A stretch of 62,407 nucleotides of DNA, counting the filler, from Choristocarpus tenellus KU-1152 (taxonomy: Eukaryota; Protista; Phaeophyceae), in assembly GCA_964200185.2 (NCBI GenBank). It is 13 parts of 13 records of this genome, joined end to end, with 100 filler letters (N's around TTAATTAATTAA, not from the genome) between each part and the next. Parts side by side here need not be neighbours in the genome. Positions count along the whole stretch, not along the records: positions 10,482 to 16,057 come from CAXNAD020010368.1; positions 16,158 to 18,806 come from CAXNAD020025969.1; positions 18,907 to 21,548 come from CAXNAD020026026.1; positions 21,649 to 24,447 come from CAXNAD020024654.1; positions 24,548 to 28,928 come from CAXNAD020014817.1; 8 more parts are not named here. One strand, 5' to 3'. A model generated the notes under the pieces. The model made no database searches and was not told where the DNA came from. It saw only the letters and a list, made by a program, of their open reading frames with translations. The position numbers and the translations under genes were made by a program. Below are positions 13,601-25,620 of this stretch, piece by piece. The first letter of the stretch is position 1. The number at the start of each line of letters is the position of its first letter.

Positions 13601-15032
13601 GGACGTAAATCCCCAATCACCACAATGATGAGAGAGTACTTCACATTGCTCACCGAAGATCGATGCCCGTTACCACTGTCCCAGCTGCCCCAACAACAAT
13701 CAGCGTCAGAGCTGCACAGCAGTGTGCATTCACTTTGCCGCCAAATAGAAGGAATTCCAATATAGTAACCCACACAACTGTAGAGGTCTTGAAGACCTGG
13801 AACTGTTGGGGAAGAAATATTGTGAGATTAGGGAAGTACTGAATATGTCGATTGATGAATGGAATGGCGGGGAAGGGGGGAAGCAGAGCAGGAGACGAGA
13901 GATTTGATTGAATGAAGGAATCATATGCATGATGCATGAGCAAAACGATGATAGTCTCAGCACACTGCCCTTCCATATTTCTTGCACCTCCCCTCCCATG
14001 TGGATCAAAATCCACTTCAGAACCATGGAGCTGACCAGCAGCAAAGAGCAACAGGAGATTTATTCGTAAGCAGGCTAAAGCTGTTATTATATTCATTTCC
14101 TTGCCATGGGGATCTCTATCCACTTGAGAGCCATGAAGCTGGTGAAGAGCATCGAGCAAAAAAGCACGTTTATTGGTAACCAGGAAACTGCTGTCTTCAG
14201 ATTCATCGCCTCAGCATGAAGCCCGGGAATGCCCACTGCACTCAGCAACTTGGTCATCACCATCGCAAAAAAACACTATTATCGTGATGACACAGGAATG
14301 GGATATGGCGGCATATGTCAGTTCATTTGCAGCATCTGACAGTGACAGCAATACTTACATTGAAAGAAATCAAACGAATGTCGCGCAGACTTCTCACACC
14401 CCACTGACGAAGAATCGTCATAAATAAGACATTTTTGGCTAATGTACAACATGACGCAATGGTCATGTACTTCGACGATCAGAATGTGGAGAGGAACGAT
14501 GGTACATCTTTCCTACAAGACATGCGTAACACAAAAATGTGCAAGGGCAAGGTTCCCGCTACACACCAGCCCCGTACCACCAGAAGACGCCTCATCCTGT
14601 CCCAAATCTACACCACAGAGATCTGGCGAGGTCTCTCTTCAACTTTGATCATCAAACTTGCAAAAGTAATCCTGTGTGCCGTACCTGAAAAACAACTGGG
14701 AGCAAATGCACATCCACACCGTAGGTCGCCAAGGCCTGGGACATTTAACCACGAGGTAATACATGACAAATATAGTACCCAATTCGCGAATGGAGGTGAG
14801 CAACAGGCAAAAGGTCGCAAGTCAGGAAGGGGAGGGGGTCTAAGGTCAGATCATAACTGATGCCATCTGAAGATGGTCATGCTATTTTGGTAAATACCAT
14901 GACTGACAGCCTTCATATCAAACACACCTTATTACCCAGCACCATTGATATGGAACACGCGCTGTAGGCTAGACAGGATATGACCCCAGAAGGTCCTTGC
15001 TTTAGCCTCTTTTGTGTGGTGGGGCTGGCCAT
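10612..15032 (-). CDS. GDP-mannose/GDP-sugar transporter (GONST/Vrg4-like, SLC35), complete, 327 aa; exons 15032-14928, 14735-14685, 14275-14105, 13802-13654, 12574-12444, 11792-11685, 11444-11353, 10788-10612
   Basis: Eight exons total 984 nt in frame. Motifs: YSACSISMVLGNK, WLPINVLFCSMLFTS, PMFQVFK, WMVANVFSTASY, MVKYNN, WCIECTSASTYSITGNLSKIP. One GC donor after 14105. A longer N-terminus from an upstream in-frame ATG is possible. Confidence 0.9.
11049..11326. mobile_element. MITE family B, in the last intron of the transporter gene
   Basis: TIR GAGTCAAAAGTATCTTAAGATGGTAGAG ... CTCGTACCCTCTTTAAGATACTTTCACCC; homologous to 47134-47389 and 31789-32046. Confidence 0.8.
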
Positions 15033-18000
15033 CTTCGTTGCAGTTTCCAACCACGAGGTCCCCTTCTTTGGTAAGTATCGACGTGTGTCTTTGTTGGGAA
15101 GGAAAAAGCTTGAGGCAACCGGTGTGAGATGAACTATCTCCACACAGACAACAAGTTTACGGCCTGTTGGGGATAGTAGGTGTGGTACAGGAAGAAGACC
15201 CTTGCTCATTTCTCCACAATCTATCATACCGATGGCCCCGAGAAAAAATACCACGCACCCATGCCTCTTCCTATATGTTATCTGTCTGGAAGTGTCGACA
15301 AATATTTGTTTCATATGTGTTTTAAATATTTACAATTTATAAGAATCGTCCAACGAACTCAAGAAAGAAACAAAAACTGGTCCGAGATAGTTGCCCAATC
15401 CCATCAAATGGATCTATTTAAAACATATCCTCATATAACCATTCCTCAACAGTATATTGTATATTATATAAAGTTGTACTTTCGTCCTATGTATTAGTAG
15501 TATGCAAGCATAACAAAAATTATAATGTTGTTGTACCCTCTAAAGTTTTGCTGTTGTCCTAGAGAAAATACTAAACCAGTATGACCACGAGTTATGAAAA
15601 GGTTTTTTAGCCTATATTTTTATTATTATTCCCTTTCATATGTCCAGATGTGTCCGGAGGAAAGCCAATATATTTACTATTTTCCTTCTTCAAGATCTCC
15701 AAAAAGTGGGATGCTATAAGAGAAATATAATACAAAAATATTGATGGTACTATGCCCTGTGACATTTTGCAGATGTGTCAGGGGGAAACCAATGAAAACC
15801 ATATTTCATTATTATGTCCTCTGACATTTTGCAGATGTGTCAGGGGAAAACCAATGAAAACTATATACATATGTGTATATAAACTATCATAGAGGTAAAA
15901 CATAAGATACTTCCATCATCTACAAAACGTTAGAAAACACAATAATATATAATAAGGTAAGTTGTAAAATACGATATATTCTTTAGACGACAGTAGTACA
16001 ACATTTGATAGTGGTGAAGTAACCGATTAGTGGTTCCACGCAATGTCTTATAGTATTNNNNNNNNNNNNNNNNNNNNNNNNNNNNNNNNNNNNNNNNNNN
16101 NTTAATTAATTAANNNNNNNNNNNNNNNNNNNNNNNNNNNNNNNNNNNNNNNNNNNNAGGCGGGTATGGATTTGAGTGCAGACAATAGGGGGGAGGATCT
16201 GATTAGGCCCCTTACAAGCCTGCTGACATCCACCGTCAACAGAGCTGTCCAACAAGTGGTCTTTCTCAGAGGGGTAACAATCGTGTTGTATATCACAAGC
16301 TTTACTGATTGGTGAGTGTAAATTATGTTGTCTCAAAAAGAATCAGAAAGTGCGTGTTTCCCCAAGAAAGCAACCTATTGAATCTATTGTAGCACCTCAA
16401 ATTGTGATGTTGATTATCTTCAATTCATAACACTAGAGTGTGGTAGGAATCAATTTTTGGGGATGGGGCATAGAATGTGATTAGGGTGGATTCAATATGA
16501 GTATTCAAGTTCTCAACGTTTCCTCCCAGTCTGGGGTAAGGTGTTATTGTGCCTGTCTCACTGGGGGAAAATTCTGGGGTGGTGGCAATATGGAGGGTCA
16601 AGCTCACTGCTGGAGGTGGTAGGCCAAGAGCTCAATACGATATTCCATCAGCTGTTGATGAGCAAAGGACTTGTGGCAAGAAGGGATGTATGGACCCAGG
16701 ATATTATGCATGAGATGCTAGAGGACCAGTTTCGACTAGTAGCCACTCTCCTGGTCACCACCCGTGATCACTTGGAGTCTTAAGAAAAGCTGAAAGCTGT
16801 CTTACAACCTTAAAAGAAACCCAAGAGCTGGTGAGAAATGACCCTGACCACATGGTACCTGCAACAATATATTTCCCTGAGACTGTTACCTATGTACCAA
16901 GGCACAGTCCCATGATCAGTCAGACGAGCACCTTAGCAGTGCCCAACAGCCAGAACTGGAGTTCCCCTGACACGATAAAGTTAACTTCAACTCTTACAGT
17001 TCCTCACGAGGGAGTTTGCCATCTGACAACACAAGTCTTGAGCCCAAGGTACCCACCTCTACGATCCACTCCTCTAGGTACAACCTGTACCCTGAGCCCT
17101 TCCAGAATTATTTATAACTTTTCGTTAAATAAAAGATGAAGCTCCAACTCAGAACCAGGTGGCCTGGCCTATTTGAATAGATATCCACTGGGAGTCAGTC
17201 CTCCCCAAGGGATTGACACCATCCTGTTGTGCTTCTGAGGACAGTGAACATGTCAGGACTGGTGAGGCATTGGGTAGGAAGGAGAAAGGTTCTGGGAAAG
17301 TTGCCCCTGCAAAGGAGATTTGACTCACTCCTGATGGGGGATAGATCATAAAGAGGCACACCAGAGCTATGTTAGACTGCTGCGGTACTGTCCACACCAA
17401 CTAAGATATCATCCTCCATCACTCTACCTATTGTTGTTATTTGTGCTCCTCATCCTTCCATCTATCATATCCCACAGTTTTGGCCACTCCTGGATATCTG
17501 TGAAACTTGAATACCTTCACACCATAGCAAGGGTGACGTAGGCTGAGTCTTGGAAGAGGGGGGGGAAATGAGGAGTCTGAAACCCAATACAGCAACGACT
17601 TTATATATTTTGTAGAAGGAAGAATCGCTGCTCACTAACAGCATCTACCATCGGACATTTTTTCCAGCAGGGTGCTTGCTAGTCCAGGAAGTTCTGGACA
17701 ATGCCTAGCAAGAGGTTGGACATCAGCACGGGCATATGACATTATGATCCCCACTTCTAATCATACCAATAATTCGACATGCTCAATCAACGGTCTCTTG
17801 CATAGTCATACCATAATATCACCCAAAAACAAAGTCTTTTTTTTATACTGCTCATTCATTTTTTCGCTAAAACTACCACACACCGGAAGAATCACGATTT
17901 AACTTATTAATTGTGCATCACAACTCCGTAGAAAAAAAAAATGTATATACATATTTTTATGGGAAGGTTGAAGGAGTGGTGAAGACGTACAAATCATTTC

Positions 18001-18656
18001 TACCCAAGGGATCTTGTGCCACAAATCATGTACTGAGTACAACTCAATGTTGAGGAATGATGTACAAATCCCAATTTGTCGATATAACAACCTTGTTGGC
18101 TGCTGTGTACACATGATTTGTTTGTGTCACTCACCACATTGTCGATATTTATAAAGGGTTTGTCCCTGTGTGTCAAGGGAAGATAATTGTGTATGAGTGA
18201 TTTGTCCATACCCCACCTTGATACACAAATCTTTCGTTGAGACTTATCGGGAGAGAGCAAATGTGTACAAACCTACTGTTTTGTCATTTAATAGGAAGAG
18301 AGCAATTGTGTACAAATCTTTGGTTACTACTACTGTAATTTCATACTGTACTCAACTCCCTCGTTGTTCTATGATAATATTTTTTAAGTATCACCCTCCT
18401 TTCTAAACCAATGCATTGTGGAAGTCCCTTTAGTGTTCTGGGTAAAATTAGATCCGTGGTGTTTCATGTTTGAGTCCCTTCCTTACTTCTTTGAGTTGAA
18501 AACATGTACCCACATATTATCCCGTATGTCAATGGTTAGTGCTTCCGTTCTATGTGTTAGTACCACCATTCCTGTGTCAATTAAAGGTACAAACGTTTGT
18601 CGTACCACTCACCCCGTCTATGAGAAATGTACAAATGGTTCCCTGGTAACAGTACA

Positions 18657-18806
18657 GGGTCAAAGTATCTGGGGGGCGGGGTGACTGTCCATTTGGGGCC
18701 AATTTTTTCATGTTGCGATTTTTGGGTGATTTGGTTCCATACGTTGGATGGATAATGAAAGTGCACTTTTCCTGGTTTTGTCCAAATGGACACTCTGGTG
18801 TAGACC
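18657..18806. mobile_element. MITE family A, truncated by gap
   Basis: Starts GGGTCAAAGTATCTGGGGGG; reverse-complement homologue of 21345-21526. Confidence 0.8.
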
Positions 18807-21344
18807 NNNNNNNNNNNNNNNNNNNNNNNNNNNNNNNNNNNNNNNNNNNNTTAATTAATTAANNNNNNNNNNNNNNNNNNNNNNNNNNNNNNNNNNNNNN
18901 NNNNNNCACCACGATTAATCAGTCGCTTCGACGATTGATTCCCAGCTAACCCCAACCCTGCAAAATCGATAATATACCATATAGATTGTGTGCCGCTTTA
19001 TTAGGGCATACCCATGGGTGAACAAAATCGGGGTAGGTACTGTACATACAAATTTATTGCTTCCATACAGACACAAGACAGGGTCAACCAACTGACCTTC
19101 TCTAAATTATTTTACTGGTACTTTTTTTGAAGTAGTAGTTGAACCTTTGCTTTACTGAAGTCTATTTAAAAGAAGCAATTTGTTACATTTTTTCTCGCTT
19201 TTTCTTTCCTCTTTTTTGCCACAAGTCTCACCTGTTTCTAGTTCTGTTTTTGAAATATTGAATACTAAGAAATTGTATGTAATGTACTACTACTGTGTGT
19301 ATGGTTGTAAGGTTTCTATTTTGATGCATGCATATCCAAAATGTCAGAGGTTATCATTGGTGAGAAAAATAAGCCAATACCATTCTTTGCTACCCTCCGA
19401 TTTCTTCGTAGTGAAGAACTGAGAATTTCATGGACGACAAATTTGGGGGGTCCCCAAGGGAAACGGCCCTATCACCTTCTAAGTGTTGCGGCACTTTTTT
19501 TTAGAAATCTTTCTCATTCTTATACCCGTAACTTTGGTTGTCTCACCTATCTCGTCAAAGTGACTCCTTTCTCAATCTTGCTCGCCCAGCAACACCTAAT
19601 AATTATAACTTCCTACTTCGAAGTAATTTCCTGATAGTTGTTGCCTGTCTTATTGATGTTCTTTTGCATGGTTATGGACTTGATACAGCGACACAATACA
19701 ACAGCGTAGTATAGTACCCATCCTGCACGCTTGAGTTCTGTGTTAGAATTGAAGACCACAAGTGGTAGGAACCTATAATAGTCTATAGAACCACGACGCC
19801 ATGACGTACGAGATAGAATTTTGCCTTCATACAGACAGCACGTGCGCGGTCAAGGGACACCCGGCCTTCCAAGCATGTAATGCGTTCTTTCTCTCCATGG
19901 CCCTCCTTGGCATGGCATGGTCCATTCATATCCTCGTGCGCCTTAGATCCACGACGGACAATGGAATTTGCCGTTGGTCATCTTCCACGGTGAGAGTTTG
20001 ATTACCAAGGAGTGCTTCGTTGAAGTGTTGAAAGTCCTCTCGATCTATTCCTAGTCGTGGTGCACCACAGTTAATTGGAGGACACCAGTAATGTGTTGTA
20101 AAATTACCGTCATAGACCATACTGGTAGGGGAAAATGTGCATCTGACGTTCGATGTAACACGCACTGCTGAACTTGGAAGAACAACGTACACTATCATTA
20201 GTCAGAAATAAATACCTCTATATTCCACATATATATATATATACGTGTATCTCGTTGAACGATAGTTACATATCCAACTGCGGCACTTAACTCATTTCCT
20301 CCCCTTACCCTCGAACATCTGAACACTCCCTCTTTCCTCCTCGACCTTGTTGGGTCTTCTTGCACCCTAGAGATGACCCCGATCGTGAATTCTTGTCTCG
20401 CCTTTCTACCCTACCTGTTGCATTCTGCTTCTTTCTCATCACCAGTGGAAAATGGCTGTGATTCCGTTGTTGGAGACAACGAATTGCATGGTGTCTATCG
20501 TGATACATTCGTACCAACTCTGGAATGACGTGCCTGTGTTTGGGAGAGAAAGGCTATTGACCGTGCTACACTGCGTCAATAGCATTATATTTCTGGGAAT
20601 TATGCAGCCATGGATATGCTATTCTCTATTGCGCGTGTGCTTTGGGGCACTGCTGCATGACGGACAGGGCAAGAGCTTTCGTAGGTGAGGTTGATTCGTA
20701 GCAGAGCGGTAGGAGTTTGAGACTGGGATAAGTGGAAGGTTATGGTTGAGAGTGTTTCGAAAAGGTTCGATTTGAGGATAACATAAAACAGACCAAAACC
20801 GTACAATGTTTTTTTTATGGTAGGAGGAAATTATCAAAGGTTGGACTGTAATGTCACTAGGCTGGTGCAAACTTGAAGGAACCTTAACTACTCTAACTAA
20901 AACTTGGACTTGAATACAAATTTCTAGAGTAATGGTAGGGCGTAAGGTGATAGTGCCAGGGCAAATAGGTGATGAGCTTTGGTTTGTTAACCAGCATTCA
21001 AAAGTCAACTTGGACAGGTGGCAGTTTCCACTTCGAACTTTGTTCTCGCCCTTTTTCTGCACAATAGGCAAGTCTCACCTCCCCCTAAGGAAGCAACAAC
21101 TGAAAATGAATAACCCCAAGAATCAAACATCAAATATGGCAACGACTCATAATGCTAGAGTCTAGCTACTTAATGTTGTCACATATATATGTAGCAGCAC
21201 TGTATTGATGTACATATTAAAGCGAAAAGATCTCCTTACAGCCTCCAACATTTAGGAAATAGACACCACGTCAGAAACGTCATCAATATGCAGCCAGTAG
21301 CCAGCGCCTCCAGTATACCCACCCTACCCAATTCCTGTAGATGT

Positions 21345-21526
21345 GACCCAAAGTATCTGGGGGGGGGGGAGGGGGGTCTACACCAGGGTGTCCATTTGGA
21401 CCAAAGTCAGGAAAAGTGCATTTATATTATCCATCGGAGGTATTGAACCAAATCACACAAAACTCGCGACATGAAAAAGTTGACCCCAAATGGACAGCCG
21501 CCACCCCCCCCCAGATACCTTGAACC
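21345..21526. mobile_element. MITE family A, complete copy
   Basis: GACCCAAAGTATCTG(G)n ... (C)nAGATACCTTGAACC with inner inverted TGTCCATTTGG/CCAAATGGACA. Confidence 0.8.
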
Positions 21527-23269
21527 AATTTCTGGTTAGAGTCAACTCNNNNNNNNNNNNNNNNNNNNNNNNNNNNNNNNNNNNNNNNNNNNTTAATTAA
21601 TTAANNNNNNNNNNNNNNNNNNNNNNNNNNNNNNNNNNNNNNNNNNNNCTTGACTGGGAACCTCACTCGATACCACGGTATAACGGTATATGGCATACGG
21701 CAATACGGTATAATAACAGACAAACATGCTTTCCACATTTGTCTCTATTATATTATATATTGTATTTTTTCTCTACAGATTAGAAGCCAAATTCACCCAC
21801 TAGGATTTTCGCAAAGTAATCCCTTGGGGAACGAGATAGTAAACCACCGAATTAAACCGTAACGGATAATTGATCTCATAAAAGAGTTTTTCAATCGAAG
21901 CGACCGATTTATCCCAGTCAATAAAAAAAATGCTGCAAAACCAACATTGTACAAGGAGGACACTTACATCGTTTTAGCTAGGTGGTAGAGATGCTTGTTT
22001 GCTAGCATGTCACACCCTTGCGCTGCCTCAGTCGAAACCCTGATTGTCAGGCAGAAACAGGAACTATATCGCCACAACAGGACTTGCACGAATAGGTATC
22101 AAGCCAAACTTCACTTTTATACAGAGAGGTCAACCGTGTACTAGCAGCCCTTGCACCCATGCTTCAACCTGTTTTAACCCAGAACCCCTCGCCCGCTGTC
22201 TGAGCATCCTTAAATACCGAACTTCCTTCCGTTCCCAGTAAACACAGTACCTCGTTCGTTCCCAAAAAAGCAAGGCATCAAAACCCATTCGACCAGTCAC
22301 ATCCGTTCCCCAGCCTGTGCCCCACCTGCTTTAGCCACAGACAGGACGAATGATAGAAGTCGGCACGATTTGGCAAAAGCTTACCTTCATCTTCTACCTT
22401 CACAAGATGAAGACGACATATGGATAAAGGCTCACCAGGTTTGCTTTGATCATGCCTGTAGTCAAGACTGCTTCATGTCTATAACTGAGGATTGCAGGTG
22501 TACGAAATGCCACTCGTTAGTTCCAAGAGGAATCCACCAATACCTTTCGGGAACCCACGGAGGACCTCAGGTTAATCAATCGACTGCCGAGTCTCGTACG
22601 ATGGTAGCCTTAATAGAAACGCATCTACCATACCTAGCAGCGATGCAATACTCGAAACCCCCTCCACTATTCGCGAGAAGTCCAACCGATTCGGACGCTG
22701 CAGAGTCGTTTTGAAGTTACACCATGGAGTCTGAGTTTCCAGTCATGTCATTCCATCTATAGACATTTAGACTTTAGTTTTCACCTCGATAATATTTACC
22801 ATGACACCGGCCTATGCTACTACCTAAGTATCGACATAGGCCCTGTCATGTCACCCACACAGAGTCCACTCGAGAATGCTTGCCCAGGTACTAGTTGACA
22901 CAGGTGCAGGTCTCATCTATTTTTTGTGAAAATTGCTTACCACAGCTCAACATAGCAGGCAAAGGTACCTTAAATGCAGCAAACCTCTGAGGGTGCAATA
23001 TTCTACAAATGCTGGTACTGTGGGCATGCAAACTTCCAATAGCGTTTTTCCCATAGGAAAAAGTGCGCGATATGGCTTTTTGGATAATGGTGGGGCTGCC
23101 ATACAAAATTATTTTTAGGAGCAAAATTTTGTAGACAACACTAGAGGGAACTGTTATTTAGAGAAGTTCAATGCTCCCAACCATCACCACTGCCACCATG
23201 GGTACCATTTGTCAACATTCCAACACCCAGATCGAGCAGTAACAATATACCCTTGTCAGACCTTAGCAA

Positions 23270-23765
23270 ATGGCATTGTAGTACAAAGGAAACTTCTAAG
23301 ATAGATGTCAAACTAGGTAACTAAAAAGAAGAAATGAACAGCTTTACCTTACTACAGTTGGATGTTTATCATGCCTTCTAGGACCTTCACAACCCGGTTT
23401 ACTAGTGTTTCAACACAATCTGACTCTAACATTATTCTGTGACCTTGGAAAAATTTCCCAGGGTAGACAAGGATATTTGCCGACCTGGTTTGAGGCTAGT
23501 GGAGTTATATATATATTTATAATAAAAGTATATACTCTTATCTGGTCAGACAAATTGATCTTGACTGTGCCTTACGAATTTTGAGGATCCATTCTCGAAG
23601 GAAATGAGAGGATTGGTGATCGTTGTTGGAATCCATGGGTTAATTTGGGACTGGAGTCGCTATGTTGGAGAAAACTGACAGAGTTGGAACTGAAGCCCCT
23701 ATGTTACGGAATGGCAATTATGCATGCCACCGCAGCATTATCTAAGGTGATGGATATTTGTTATC
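23270..23765 (+). mobile_element. Older degenerate Gypsy fragment (integrase tail plus 3' non-coding region)
   Basis: 23340-23395 resembles SFTPLQLDVFHAL.DL. 23430-23765 aligns by eye with the reverse complement of 48210-48560 (e.g. aactgaca..gttggaactg.agcccct). Confidence 0.7.
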
Positions 23766-23912
23766 CAGATAATGATTATTGCTTGTCGAAAGCATGGAAC
23801 AGGTAGACACTGCGTGGAACATAGGATAGCAAACGTTGGCACCATGAAGTGACTTACATCAGAGCAGATAGTAATTTATGTAAGATGTTTTGCTTTTTTT
23901 GAGTATATATAT

Positions 23913-24447
23913 CACCCCACACTGTCCTGTTGCTCTCTCTGTGCGTTGGTAGATTCAGAACTAGAGTGTGCTCCTCCCTCACATATTGAACCGAGTCTAG
24001 GTGTAGCACAAATGTTACTTCAGAGAACAGTTGATGCCGCATTCTCAGGAATACTGTCAGCTCTGCAAGATAGCCACATGGGACCTGATAATCGAGACTT
24101 CGGCGTTAGAGGTTGGTTACCACTCAGTAGTTCCCAGAATCAAAGTATGCCAGTGTGTAAACCCCCTTCCTCTGGTTAGATGACCCCAGATAAAGCACCT
24201 AGGGTAGACCCGACACACACCCCGCAGCAACTCCTTCCCCCGCTTAACGCCTCTGACACTTTCGATTGGCAACCTTTAGACTCTACCCTCGAAGACAGGG
24301 TAGAAATAAAAGGAAAAGCAGGAGAAGACAAGCCACTACAGTTAGATGTCTTCCATGCCCTATGGGACCTCTATAATCCAGACACGAGCCCACGCCCTCC
24401 TCACACCTCCCGCCAAGGAAATTCCTTGTCTGGAGAGGCTGCATTAC
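23913..24447 (+). mobile_element. Internally deleted copy of the same Gypsy element
   Basis: Clear homologue of the reverse complement of ~51610-51190, joined directly to ~49530-49415 (peptide ...KGKAGEDK|PLQLDVFHALWDLYNPDTSPRP). Confidence 0.9.
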
Positions 24448-25528
24448 NNNNNNNNNNNNNNNNNNNNNNNNNNNNNNNNNNNNNNNNNNNNTTAATTAAT
24501 TAANNNNNNNNNNNNNNNNNNNNNNNNNNNNNNNNNNNNNNNNNNNNGGTCAAGTCCATCCTCAATGAAAAGCTCCATCCTCAATTTTTGAAATCGGCTG
24601 TTCTCTCGTAAGATTCTCATCACTCCACGATTTTCTGGAAGTCCTTGCAGTTTTGCACTTGTCCAACCTTAACCTCGTCCTCTCATTTACGGTTTGTCTT
24701 GGTCTGTCTGGTCCATCATACGTAGTGATTCATAGTATTATTTTTATAGTTGATTGATGGCAATTGCATACTCAGTGTTTTGAAGACATTTTGTATATTT
24801 CACATTGATTGGGGGTGGGGGGAATGGGATGAGCAATGGGACAAGCCATTGTTATGCATTCCTCTTGTCATAGATGGTGTGGGAGTCTTGAGTTTAGCCG
24901 TCGATAAATTCAAGTGGCCAATCCTGAATCGAACTTTGTAAATGATGGGCTAGGCACTCAAGAGTAACAAACGGGCGCTTGGAAGGTCAGGTGTGACATG
25001 GGGAAATCAGAAGCAGTGAGCTTTTTCCCCTTAATCTAAGATGTATGCTTCGTAACTATTGAACCAGATATCCAGAAGGAGCAAGTGTGTTTATGGTTCA
25101 CTCTGATAAGGAAATATTCAAACTGAGTCCAAGTTGTAGGTTGTGAATCTTGACGGAACTCCAAGTGAAACAAGGTATCCTTGGATCAGTTTAGAGGTGG
25201 TTGGGTAAATAGGAAACGGTGATCCTTTCAGTCCAAGTCGGAGATGTAAGCTTTGCAACTTTGAACCAGATTCCTAGAGGGAAGAACGGCAAAGGTATGC
25301 TCTGACGAGGTCAGGTGCAACCTGACTCCAAATTGTATCTTATGACTCTTGGACGAACACTCCTAAGAGTAACGGAGATATACCTGAATCAGTTCAGTGT
25401 CAATGTGGGTAAGTCGGAACTGGGACCTTTTAAAACCAAGTCAGAGTCGAATTCTTTTAGAAGTCTTCACCCAATTAACCAGGAGTAACAAATACATTCT
25501 GAATTGAAAGTAAGGTGATCAACGTTTT

Positions 25529-25620
25529 CATTGTCTTCACCATCACAATCGCCTGTGGTGACCGTGAAATATGTTTACCCAGTTTACGGTGGTGGGAACA
25601 TTACAAACGATTAGCGTATG
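25529..25620 (+). mobile_element. Gypsy 3'UTR/PPT/LTR-start remnant
   Basis: attgtcttcaccatcacaatcgcctgtggtgaccgtgaaatatgtttacccagttta matches the reverse complement of ~48130-48220. Confidence 0.65.

Noticed and set aside
19800-20700. Exons of an unknown minus-strand gene
   Set aside because: Splice-like sites are present, but phases do not join and no family is recognised.
22200-23200. Gypsy gag/protease remnant
   Set aside because: Only a faint DTG-like resemblance; too degenerate to support.
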